Shown here: positions 1 to 11,572 of the stretch, piece after piece
Layout: every line of letters begins with the position of its first letter
Numbering within the stretch: the stretch's first letter is position 1
Origin: Perkinsus olseni
Lineage: Eukaryota
DNA length: 38,517 nt
Direction: 5' to 3'
Assembly: GCA_013115125.1 (NCBI GenBank)
Contig: JABANN010000331.1
Location: 1 to 38,517 of the forward strand
Position numbers and translations under genes: made by a program
Notes under the pieces: generated by a model
Seen by the model: only the letters and a program-made list of their open reading frames with translations
The model's database searches: none
What the model was told of the DNA's origin: nothing

Positions 1-69
<69 letters not shown>
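1..69 (-). repeat. (CAA)23+ microsatellite encoding poly-Gln in the gamma-adaptin hinge
   Basis: 23 TTG units on the + strand, in frame with the exon reading ...[35 protein letters not shown]. Truncated by the window edge. Confidence 0.85.
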
Positions 70-70
<1 letters not shown>

Positions 71-3000
71 GGTACCGAAGGTGCGGACACTGCGGGGGGA
101 GCGGTTGAAGTAACCGCAGGCGGCATCCCCAAGATGGAGTCAAGGTCATCGAGAAGGTCTCCTCCAGGTTGCTTGGTCGTCGACGACGACGTCTGATCCG
201 CTGGGCCTACGAGAGGGCACATGCGTCAACGCCAATAATCGCCACAACTACTGTCCCGCAGCTGAGCCTGAGTTCCGAAGAACGAACGATAGAGAGCGCC
301 TCAACCCTGACGATTCAGAAGGGTCCGCAGAGGCCCCACCCGACTGACAACCGAAGACCACCGCATACCTGTCTCCTGTCCGAAGGAGTCAATGTCCCCC
401 ATCAAGTTGCCATTATAAGAAGTAGCGCTCGCCCCAACATTGGCCTCGTAGAACTCTTCACTTGGAGAAGGCTCACTGGGAAGGCTCGTGACCGAGGGGA
501 CCTGTGGGAAAACGTAAGGCGGGCAGCAGGAATAGAGTTTCGCAATATTTCTCTTCGCGCGCCCTAAGATTCCTCGTCAGCATACGGATTACATCCGACT
601 AAGCATCCACGCACAAGGAGCCTTCAGAGAACACCCCCACCGTCCCATCCCAACTCACCTCATCGACGGTCGTCTCTCCCACTGGAAGATCTCGCATGGG
701 CTCATCTCCTGCATACGGTGGCACTTTCCCCGTCAGCTCCTTCCTCATGTCCTGGGTAGACAACGACAGCAAGGCTGTGTACCTGAACGGAGAGGGGAAG
801 GTCCCCACTCATTACTCCGCATCCCAACGGCGCTGGCGGCCAACTCAGCATGCCCAGCCGCACCGAGCGAAGCAAAGAACCCTTCACGCTGTCGAAGGCA
901 AGCCCTCGGTCAAATCATGTGCGGTGATTCGCATAAGTGCTTCTCTGACGGTGAAAGCTTCTCGCTGTGCCCCTCGCAGCAGTACGAGTTCAGAATTCGC
1001 GCCGAAGACCCTCTCCCCCTTCTCACTCGCACGCCCGCTGTTGCAGCTCCACGTTGATGGAGCTCGTGAACTGCTTCAAGAGAGCCTGTAGTCTGTCTTG
1101 CTGTGCTGTCGACAGATCCAGTCGACTGAGCAACTTCACTACACAGGTAAGGACGTACCTAAGGCAACAATGATCACGCCACACCGGATGATGCATTGAT
1201 AACTGCTTCGAGGGAGAAATTTGAGAATTTGCAGGCTATCGGGATGACAACTCCCCGACAGATGTTCACCTCAAGATCATCGCCAAAATGTTCACCGCGT
1301 GGCGCTCATGGAATCCCGCGCGGGCTATCGAGATGGCAGTTTTCTCTCATAAATGGTCACGGGCCTCCCCAACTCGGATTATCGCCAATCTTCCCCGCGT
1401 GAAAGGACTAGTTGATTCGGGTTATAGGAGAAAAAATAGGGCGATAGACGTCGATGCACGATCGCCTCAAGCGATTCATACTTGTAAGGCTTCAAGTAGA
1501 TCTCATCTATGAGCAATCAAACTTACGTCGGCCATGATACCGTCGACCGTGGCAACATGAGACACTCTTTGATCAGAGTGATCCACCAAATCCGTAGCGA
1601 ACTTATCGCCGCAATGGACAGCAGTTTTCCGCTTCAAATGCTATACTAGTCGATCCCTTCTATGCAGCTAGTTACAAAGCGATACGGATGGGAAGATGCA
1701 ATAGGATGTGTATACTGGATCAGTATTGCCAACGAACTGTAGTACTAACGGTATTGGTCGTGCTAGTACAGTCTGGTGAATCCAACCATCCGAGTGGGTG
1801 AAAAACCCTCGGAGGTGCCACAAGGCGGACGAGAAACTTTTTTGAGAAATTATATCTTTCTTACTCGCAAATCACTGCTGGTCCTCGCTCAGAATTCTGA
1901 CCATTGTCCGCTTTCGCCACGCCCGTCCTGACAGTTCCTATCGAGCCAATGTCAGATGACATCATCGCCGAAGCCTTCTGAGCAACCTGATCGACGAGAA
2001 GAGAGAATTATGTCAAACTCAAAAGGATTATGATGGAAGAGCATCGGAAATATCGGAAACTCGTTTAACAGCGCTGGCGACTCGCTTCCTAACTAAGCTT
2101 CAAAACACGAGGCTCATGCAATCCAGACCGAGCGAGCACTTCGACGCGCAGGATGTCGGTACAACTCCTCCACACAGATCTACCAACGACGCCCGTAGAC
2201 CACATGTCTGCATGCACAAGCTCGCAAGTTATTTCTCCCGACCGCCCGATTCTTACAAATTCAACCAAGTTGATGACGTCATCATTAGTGATGTTGATCT
2301 TGCTGCCATCGGCACCCACAACACCCTCCCCTTCAACCAACAGGTCGCCATACTCTCCGATCGCCCAGAGACCCGTCTCGATCTTGAAAAGGACAAGAAT
2401 TTCCTTTCAAGTTGATGAGTTCAGGATGAAAAACGCGACGGCAAGTTCACTGGATGAGTTCGAAAATCATTACCATACCGTAAGGGCCATACGAAACGTC
2501 GCCTCGACTCGACTCAGCGGTCTGCTCTTTTCTGATCCCCCTTACAACCGGAGGAGTCACCAGAAGACTCTTGCAACGTCAAAAGTGTCCTCACTAGCGT
2601 GAGAAAATACTCAGCCCATCGCTAACTCTACCGAACTCGACGGTGCAACGCGAATTCAGTTTCCCGATCGCCCCGGCGTAATTACCAAAGCATCGCTCGA
2701 CTTCATAGCCAGCTTCTGGAGCTTCGATTGTCCCAAGGTTTCCTAACAGAGCACGGCAATGAGGATCCACGCCGAGGCCATACGAATAACGAAAGGAGTG
2801 GTATGAACTTCCAATCCTCGTTACTGCTCTTACCAGCATAGTAAAATAAAGCTTGTGAACCGCGTAATTGTAGAGCCCCGGAGTAGAGGCGACGGCGCTG
2901 CAGACCGAGGACAGAGCCGTGTCCGGCACTGACGAGCCGCCGAGCAGCATGACCTGCAAAGATGGATGAGCTGAGCATTGCTAATGCATCTAAAATCGTC

Positions 3001-6000
3001 CGAACGATTCGCTCAAGTGCTCTATCGTTTTTGGAGGAATCTTTGCAGTGCGCGACCCCGCCAAGTATGAATGGAAAAAAGATCCTAACACCCTCACATC
3101 GCCGAGGATACTAGCACACCAACTTGCGACCGTTTTCATCGTCAGAAAAATATCACAGTAACCAAAAAAAGACTCCCCGGTCGAGGCAGTGCACACTGAC
3201 GATGGGCTCCTACCTTAACAAGCGTATCGATTTGCCATCTTCTCGTCGGTGCAAACTTCTTGGCCATGTTGCAGATGCAAGACACTAGGTCGGGCCGGAA
3301 CTCGGTATCAGTCACAATCAGGTAATTCAAAAACTCGTTAGTCATTTGCTGAGAAGAATATCTTGCAATCTTGCACTCTCTAGCATTTTCTCAACGCACC
3401 TTCACATTGTCCTCATTGATGAGACTGTAGGCCACATCGAGCGCCCTTCTTCGGAGGCTGATATCGGTGTCCGTCAGGCAGCCCAAAATGACGGAGCGAT
3501 GCTTCTGGACCTGCATCCGGAAGGTCCCGAGTTCAATCCCCGGTGACGACATGGAAGCGGGAATTAGGGCACCAGCACTTACCGCTCCAATATCGACTGA
3601 GACAACCCCCTTGAGTGCCTCTAGAGCAACGTACCTAAAAGATACGAAAAATCGATCAAGTGATCGATTATCGGGCCACGCCAATCTGAGCTCGCTGCGT
3701 CAAAAATACGAAGAACTCTGCTTGAACAGATCTTCAACTTACTTGACATTACTGTCCTTATGCGTGAGGAATCTTCCCAGGATATTGACACCAAGTACCC
3801 GCAGAGAAGGATCCGCTACTGGACCCACGTACACTATGGTACGCACGCACTCGTATCTACAGGTCAAGCATGCAAGATACAAATTGGGTCAGTTTTAAAG
3901 CAGACGGTCGGACCGTCACGGTCCTGTTCAAATCAGCCCTCCCTCATCATTCCAGAGGCGAGAACACACTAAAAACGAAGATCTGCCTCCAAGACCTCCG
4001 AAAGTGACACTACAGTCCTTCACAAGAAGTAAGATACCAAACTTTCCCCAACTCATCCCGACGCCTCTTACAGGACAGCATTGCCAGCGTTCTTAGCACC
4101 CTCTGTATTAGTAGCCACCTGGGCCAGCACGTCACTAACATCCTCCGCCAGAGGCTGAGTCAAGTCCGTCAACATACGCATAGTCCGAAGAATCTTAACC
4201 TGACCAAAACACCACCACGAATAATAAAACTCTTTCACTAACTCGCACGAATCCAATTTGAATCACCAAGAACATTAACTCGTTCACCACCCAACTCCTG
4301 ATTCGGCGTCCTTTGCGACACAGCCCGAGCATGGCCAGAATCTTTCAAACGCTCTCAATCGTCACCGAAAACCCCCTCTCCGTTTTCACTACCACAGCAA
4401 AAGCTTGCATCACCCACCTGGAGGAAGGGATCCGTTATTCCGCCAACATCATACTCCTGCGAGTTGCCATACCCGCTGATGGTGAGGGACCTCAACAGCT
4501 TAACCAGGGTTGGTTGGACGTAGGCTAGCTCTCGACGGTAGGCCTCGGGATTTATCTGAAAGGCATTTTAGTCGCACGATAGAGCACTAAAAAAACTCCG
4601 CTCGATAAAAATGTGAAAAAAGTCTCGTCGGCTGAATTGCGCAAAAATTGGTATTAAATACCAGGATACATCCTCCAATAGTTGTTCACGCCTCGTATAA
4701 TCGATCAACCGTTTCATTCCCCCTCGAATCAGCGGTAAAAGCTTCACAATCAAAACGGAAAAGTTATCGCCGAAAGTAAGATACCTATCCCAGAGAATAG
4801 AACCCGGATCGACCGGTACATAGGCCACACTACTAACCCGCTCAACAATAATGATTCATTCCCGACACAACTGCCATGGACTTTCTTCCGCATGCACGCT
4901 CAATCTCGTCACCTTCCCGACCATTTCCCATCGAGGACAGTAAAAACTTTACCTTCAATAAGTAGTCCATCAAACTCAATGCACTCAACAACACGCCGTG
5001 ACTTCCGGACGTTCCAGCATGTGACCTGACCGAAAAAGTAAACTCAAATTCGACCATTTGGCAAAATTTGGCACAACCCTCTCATCAGGCCAATCTCACC
5101 CGTTGGCTCCGCAGGCTCCCTCCACCAGCGGTCCCACACGCGCCGAAAACTTGTCCTCCAATTCCGTGACCTGAAGAAAAAATTTCTCATTAAATCACCG
5201 ATCTTTTCAAAATAAACTTTCTTTCCCGTAAGAAAGGATAACAAAAAAAACACGCCTGATTGAAGTAAAACTGAAAAAAAAAATTAATCTCACCGCTATG
5301 TCGCGCTCTAGCTAGTGGGAAGCGTCGCAAGCAAACGAGCTCCTCAGACAGAGGGACGAGAACATCCCAGAGGACGAAGCGCCACGAACGCTGATCCGCC
5401 GGAGCCAACGTCTGCCAAGCCGCCATCCACTGTAGAAAATGAGCCTACGGAGATGGTCACTAGCCTTGATTCCCTCGGTTCCAAGGCCCTAGGTCCCTCC
5501 GCTGTTACCGACCTATCGTCCACAATGAAGAATCCCCTAGTCATAATTATGCCTCTTAAACGACCTCCAACGTAACATGACAGGTACTATCGTAGAGCGC
5601 AAAAATTGCATGGCATTCTCAGACAAGCATTAGTCCGATACCAAAAAAAAGTCGTCCACGAAATCGCAGGATACGCGTGAAGGACATCCTTCACAATAAA
5701 TACAACAGTAATAAAGCTTCGTAAAAACCCATTACCAAAATATTTCAAGTCAAATCCTCCGGCAAACCCCAGAATCTATTACTTTCTTCACGATCCTCAG
5801 CGCACACAGCGCGGCCTTCTTCTGAATATACGGACTCGAGCTGCCAGGACCAACCAGAAGCTGCTCAACCTGACGTGAGCGTACAACATTTCATACCAAA
5901 ACTTCACCAAATTATCACCTCGCGACTCAGCGACATGCACATTTCTGTTGACCCGATGTTGGCCAGGGCGCACAGGGCCAAACCCGTAACATATTGATTC

Positions 6001-7590
6001 TGAAAAGAAAAAAAATATGACACAAAAATCCGTGAAAATCCCTCTTCAACCTAAAATACGCAAAGAGTTCCTCCCCACCCGTATGAACTCATTCTCAGAC
6101 TCACGAGAACAGATTCGACCTGCCGAATCGACAGAAAAACCAAAAACGCCGTGCTCGCAATGCTCAGCTTCTCTCAACATTCCGAAATCAAAACGGAAAT
6201 AGAGCTGGGCAACCGTACTGGGGTCGAGGAAAGTACGGTACGGAGTAGGTTTCAAACTGTCAACCTAGTATGGGTACGGTGAATCAGTACGTATTAACTA
6301 TATTAAACAATGCATACGTGTATTGAATTACGCCGTACTTCAAGTACGGCGTACTAGTACGGTACTTGGGAACCGCTGCGACGGGTAGTACGGTTACGAA
6401 GCCGTACTCGTACCCGTACCGTACTCCGTACTACACCGTACCCGTACTGTCGCCCACCTCTAAACGGAAAATTTTCTCCCGAAATTCAAAATACACGAGA
6501 TAACATTTTTTCTGACGTACCCTTTTCAACCTAAGATACGCATGCTTCTCATCCCCACCCTGGTGAGCTAGCCTTCATAATGAAAATGGATTCGACACGT
6601 TCAACTCGGCGGTGGAAATAAGGGCACCGAGCTGACAAGCAACTCCGACCGGGAAATTTTTTGTCAAAATTCAAAAAAAAGACAAACTTTTTTCTGACAC
6701 CTCTAGCCATCTCACCTTCGAGTTCAAATCATTCTTTATGCTATTTGTAACGAGCATCAGCAACTCCGAGTTTTCGTCCAACAGCTGCGTCAACCCAAGA
6801 TACCTGACCCGAACTCCTGCGATTTGGCGGAAATGTGGTACTACCCTACCCCACTCTCTTCTCCGAAAACTTAGATGATGCGATGAGCTTTAGACAATCC
6901 ATCTGGCCGAAGTGCGTCGGGTAACCGAGCATGTGGATGTAGACCAACTTCGCCACATTCCGACTCCGATGGCTGAGGAAATGAGGCGATTTGGGGAAAA
7001 TGAGGTATCCAAAATTTCACACGAGAAAGCAGTTGACCCGATAACTGTAGAAAGGCAGAAAAGTCCGACACGCCCAATACTCAAAATACATAAACATGCT
7101 AAGATTGCGTGGCGCTGGAAAAGTGAGATGGAACTTTATTGCTGTAGATCGGTCGACTGAGATCGTAGGCGTTGGTGAATATTTGTATACCATCGAGTGG
7201 GGTATGATACTGAGATTTCAATCCTCAAATTGATTCAAGGTCGCACACCACTCAAGCAAAAAATTTTTTCCTTAAATTTGTGAATTTGAAATCGAGGATG
7301 TATATTGCATCGTTACACACACGGATACGCGCCAGTTGGTGATATGCATCTGACGAGACCGTGATAGCTAACACTCCTAATCGACGTAACACAATAAACG
7401 TGCAACGATTATTGAGTACCACCCCATGCAATCATCACGACGCTACATGAGCACACATCCCGTACTACTCCGGATCGCCATCCTTGAAGGACTGTCTGAT
7501 CATGGCACACTCCCTGGCCACCACCGCCTTCTCCTCCGACTGCGTCTTGCACGCTCGAACTTGACGGATCAACTCGCGAAGCTTCGTCAT
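1..7590 (-). CDS. AP1G1: AP-1 adaptor complex gamma subunit (gamma-adaptin), multi-exon, 3' end (rest of hinge and ear domain) outside the window
   Basis: Hand-spliced GT-AG exons (inner boundaries approximate): 7590-7469 [35 protein letters not shown]; 6972-6850 [29 protein letters not shown]; 6803-6716; 5999-5919; 5869-5783 [10 protein letters not shown]; 5170-5100; ~5025-4953; ~4555-4418 [13 protein letters not shown]; ~4199-4070 [19 protein letters not shown]; ~3855-3742; ~3634-3582; ~3510-3399; ~3348-3213 RWQIDT; ~2953-2834; ~2742-2686; ~2382-2257 [10 protein letters not shown]; ~2179-2129; ~1986-1902; ~1566-1528; ~1159-1028 VELQQRACE; ~782-658; ~501-369; 206-1. These motifs match the gamma-adaptin trunk in order. 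Confidence 0.95.
3903..3924. other. Exact 7-8-7 palindromic scar (putative hAT excision footprint, 8-mer GACGGTCC) in a gamma-adaptin intron
   Basis: gacggtc|ggaccgtc|acggtcc. Confidence 0.75.
6200..6462 (+). mobile_element. Non-autonomous hAT-like MITE (263 bp), copy 1, in gamma-adaptin intron 3
   Basis: Imperfect TIRs tagagctgggcaaccgtac / gtactgtcgcccacctcta (16/19). Perfect 8-bp TSD aacggaaa at 6192-6199 and 6463-6470. Many internal CGTAC/GTACG repeats. A second copy lies at 9898-10141. Confidence 0.9.
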
Positions 7591-8000
7591 GATAGTGATA
7601 ACAAAAGAAGAAAAACGAAGCTGTCTGATGCTGCTGAGCTTCAACCTTGCATCATTCAGAAAAAAAGATACTTTCCAAAAACATCATCTTTCCCATATAC
7701 ACTGCTCACCAACAAAATAAGAAATATTTTTCTTCGCTAAGCGAGAATCCATAGAACACTCCCACTTACTCTAAGACGGGCAGGGACGGGTCCCTCTGAG
7801 GCTTGCGATGAACTCCGGGAGGGTTCACGACGATTCGAAGCACTTCCCGCGCGCCACGAAATTATCATTATTATTGATAACCAGCTGAAACTCGACTTAG
7901 CATCATCAATGAGAAATGCTTCAACTTACAGTCTCGAAACAATCATACAAAATGTCAGGAATCTTTTTGCACGCACGCGCAAAATCTTCCCCGCGCGCAC

Positions 8001-9324
8001 CTACGCCAGCTTCCGCTTGTCCTGCGCTTGGAAACTGAAGTACTGCACTCCACCGAAGGTCCTCGGCCACCATCTCTGCCGCAGCATCAGGTACACGCCC
8101 CAAAGGAAATACGCTCCGCCCACCATAACCAGGAAACCACCAACGACCATATTATTTCCGCCTTGCCAGTTCGTCGTCGTAACATAGACTGACTTCTTTC
8201 CACCGAAATCCTTCGCCGGCCAATTATCGAATACATCAACAACAATAACATCGCCCTCGGTAAAGTCGCTGTCGATTCTTCCGTATAATTTCAAGAACGT
8301 CGATGTAGCCGCAGTAGTAATCCAATTTCGAAACACCGTAGATTCCATACCCCATCCACTAGGATTCGGTACTTCATGATACCCCTCCAGTTCGTCCGAC
8401 CCACAAGTTTGCGTAAAATTACAATGCAGCGTGTCACCATAAGAGCAATCAGGCACGTAGATAACATCCCTCGCCCCACTACCATATCTGATTTCCCTTC
8501 CCTTCGGTCTTACTGTAGTAAACTCGACGTCCGCTGTCTTCGGCACGCACAGCGTCGGCGGCTGCAGCCAAAGCAACCAGAAATCGTTAACCCCGTACGG
8601 CTTCCCTTCAGAGTCCTTCCAAAGAAAAGCATCATCGCTCATGTCCCTCGGATTAACCGTTTCAACCGTCGCGTCATTAGTAAGCTCAGTTCCCATATAA
8701 ATTCTAGGGATCTCATTACTCCCATTCGCTCGCTCCACTGTAAACCAGTAGGTATCATTAAACGTACTCTTCGCCACCAACCCACACGGCAACGCTCCCA
8801 CATTTTTATCATCTCCCATATGGTCAAACAACCCACACTTTGCATAACGACTAGGATGGACGTTAGACGCTCCCGAGGTTAACTGATCCGTCGAAATCGA
8901 TTTCATGTACTCAGCTTCGTTCTGATACACCCAGTCCATCCGATAGTAAATATAAACCGGTCCCGAGATATTCTTAGTAACGGGAAATCTCAGCTGACCA
9001 TCAGCGTTGTATTTTTTATTAATCGCCCAAACCTTGCCACTCGCAATAACAATCAAAATTCCATACGACAACAGTATCGCTGCAATAACCCAGACCAATA
9101 AAACTGCAGTGAAAGGGGTCATAACCTGACAACAGCGGAGCGAAGCGTTGCATGTTTACCATTTTAGCATCACTGCCTACCGGCATAGAAACCTTGTAAT
9201 CCTGTTGTAATAGGGCGTCCCAAGCTCCAATGATTTTATCCTTGAAACTCACACGTCTCCTGCCTTCTCCCTCATCCAACTCGTCCCCCTTCACAGTGAT
9301 TCTATGGTCCCTGAACAGCGACAA
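8001..9324 (-). CDS. CDC50/LEM3-family P4-ATPase (lipid flippase) beta subunit; 5' end unresolved
   Basis: Motifs GPVYIYYRMDWVYQN, PCGLVAKSTFNDTY, FRNWITTAATSTFLKLYGRI, FGGKKSVYVTTTNWQGGNN, and two hydrophobic TM segments. Intron 9180-9126 joins LLQQDYKVSMP|VMTP, which resembles the family's QQxLxAWQPxLT motif. The true start codon was not identified. Confidence 0.9.
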
Positions 9325-9897
9325 ACGAAACTCATCGCTCCGAGCCCTTGCTTCTCTAACGATCGCTCAGCATAATTCTAGATTGCACCTCCCCCTGCAA
9401 AGTACATATCAAAGTATTCTAACATTACGAAAAAAAAGTAGACGATGAAGGTATCCCAAATTCATCAAAAAATTAGATATTTGAAAAAATACTACTTGAG
9501 AAACAACAAAAATTTATATTCGAGAAAATTACATTTATCTACATAAATGTGGACGTGCTGAAATCGGCGGTTTCAGATATTCTACTAGGGCGAGCGAGAT
9601 TCGATTTGATTTTTATATATGTTTTTTCTCCATGCTTGATAACCCCGTATGCCAAGTTTCAGACACCCAATCGCAATAAATGGCAAGAAATGAGAAAAAA
9701 TCGCGATGTGATATAATTTTGTGGAAGGGTTTATAAAAATAATTTCTGCAAAATAAAATATATATTCAATGACTATGAAACCCAAATCAAACACAAATTG
9801 ACGAATGCAGGAAAAACCTTTCCGAGCACTCCCTTCTGTAGCGGTTTCTCGGTTTGCTTCGACATAGAGCCAGCCACATGCAATCCTCTCTACGTTA

Positions 9898-10141
9898 TAG
9901 AGGTGGGCGACAGTACGGGTTCGGTCTAGTACGGGAAACGGTACGGGTACGGCTCCGAACCCGTACTATCCGTCGCAGCGGTTCCCAAGTGCCGTACTAG
10001 TACGCCGTATTTGAAGTACGGCGTAACTCAATACACGTATGCGTTGTTTAATATATTTAATACGTACCCGTATTAGGTTGGCAGTTGGGAACGTACTCCG
10101 TACCGCATTTTCCTCGACCCCAGTACGGTTGCCCAGCTCTA
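9898..10141 (-). mobile_element. hAT-like MITE, copy 2 (244 bp), inverted relative to copy 1
   Basis: Starts tagaggtgggcgacagtac and ends gtacggttgcccagctcta. Reverse-complement similar to 6200-6462. Flanks are ctacgtta (9890-9897) and ctaggtta (10142-10149), a 7/8 TSD. Confidence 0.9.
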
Positions 10142-10549
10142 CTAGGTTACAATAAGATCACGAACAATCTCAAAATGCATTTCAGATACAAGCCGGGCTC
10201 GTGACTACCATGTTAACCGAGCCAGCAAGATTTCAACACCCAGCATTCTCACCAGCATCACTTCAATGCCTCTGCAAGTTACAGAAGATTATTCCCTCCG
10301 CCGGAGAGCTACGGACTGTAACCCTACCTCACGACCTTCACATCGTGAGGATCACCATAGTAGGCTGCTATTGGCAACCGCAGTACACGTGCCAATACCC
10401 ACTTTTCCGCAACTATTCTGTCGTCATCGCGATTAGTCCTCGGAGATTAAACATTCCAAATCCGAAAACGACTCTCACATTACTCGAGCATATTATAATC
10501 ATCAATAAAACATAAATAAAAAAAGTATTTCACAATAATTGTGACTAAT

Positions 10550-10625
10550 AAATACGAAAAATAATATGAAAAATACGAAAAATAATATGAAAAATACGAA
10601 AAATAATATGAAAAATACGAAAAAA
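10550..10625. repeat. 21-bp AT-rich minisatellite, about 3.5 copies
   Basis: Unit aatacgaaaaataatatgaaa repeated in tandem. Confidence 0.9.
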
Positions 10626-11457
10626 AGAGAAACATTTCGCATATGACATCGCCATCGACATCGCCGAGCTTGACGTAGTACTGGTGGAACCCCACGATTT
10701 ATTCATCATCAACAACGCATAAACGAAACAAATATTCCACAAAATCGCGTAACAATAATCCCTCCCCCAGCCCCACAATTACCCTTCATCCAGTGATATA
10801 TTATGATCTGGATGGTGGGGCAAATCTGTCATGGTCGCCCCTCCCGAAACTTGATGCCTTCTACCAAAGATTGAACGGAGATTCACCATTGTTATTACAA
10901 ATAATATTTTACAACTAAGAGAAAGTAGAAAGCACTTTCGATGTCTCTCGCGGTTCAGATCACAACTTCGTCAACATCCTCGTTACTGTATATTAAATAC
11001 AGGTATTGAGGGGAACGAAAGATCTTTCTTCCTACTGCGAAACATCTTCAATTCTTACAAAGTTCAAACCGGGTGAGATACAAAATTCCGTGAGCAAAGT
11101 TTCTCCGATTGTTGAATTATGGAATAACCTTCGGTCGCAAAATTGAAATGGTAAGTTTTAGACATAACCACAGGGAATGATTTTCGATATTTCCCAACGA
11201 TACAATTCCAAGTAATAGTAATTTTCATAGAACTCACTTTATGCCACATGCAAAAGATGAGGCCACTATGCTACGTGGTGGCGAGGCGACAACAGCGGGC
11301 TTACAATAATAGTAGCCACTGCATGTGTCTATCGCTGAGCAATACAGGTACTACTAATCTCGAAGAGATTAGCATGCTGCGTTAAGATTGGCTAGTGGAC
11401 ACAGTGTCGACGGCGTGCTAGGGGAAAATGACAAGATAGTATTTTTGTGCGGAAAAA

Positions 11458-11488
11458 TGACAGGTGTGGGGTTCGAACCTGCGCCCCC
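11458..11488 (-). pseudogene. 3' fragment of a tRNA-like sequence (Leu/Ser-type 3' half) followed by TTTTT
   Basis: Minus strand reads gggggcgcaggttcgaaccccacacctgtca-ttttt: a B-box GGTTCGAACC, an acceptor-like 3' end and a Pol III-type terminator. The T-stem is mispaired and there is no matching 5' half. Confidence 0.4.
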
Positions 11489-11572
11489 AAATCGTGACAC
11501 GACAAAGACCTGCATGCATATGAAACAGTTGCTAGAAAATAAGGCCCTTGTAAATGAAGCCATATTGATTAA

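Noticed and set aside
1-69. (TTG)n as a telomere
   Set aside because: It is in frame with a gamma-adaptin exon as poly-Gln, and the gene must continue beyond the window.
6200-6462. GTAC-rich repeats as a CRISPR-like array
   Set aside because: There is no repeat-spacer periodicity and the context is eukaryotic. They are explained as MITE internal repeats.
6040-6700. Degenerate tandem duplication within gamma-adaptin intron 3 (ttcaacctaa..tacgca..ccccaccc at ~6044 and ~6524)
   Set aside because: It looks real but is an ordinary old local duplication interrupted by the MITE, with no evidence of a distinct system.
10480-10778. ORFs with FSYYFSY / FRIFHII repeats
   Set aside because: They are translations of the 21-bp AT-rich minisatellite.
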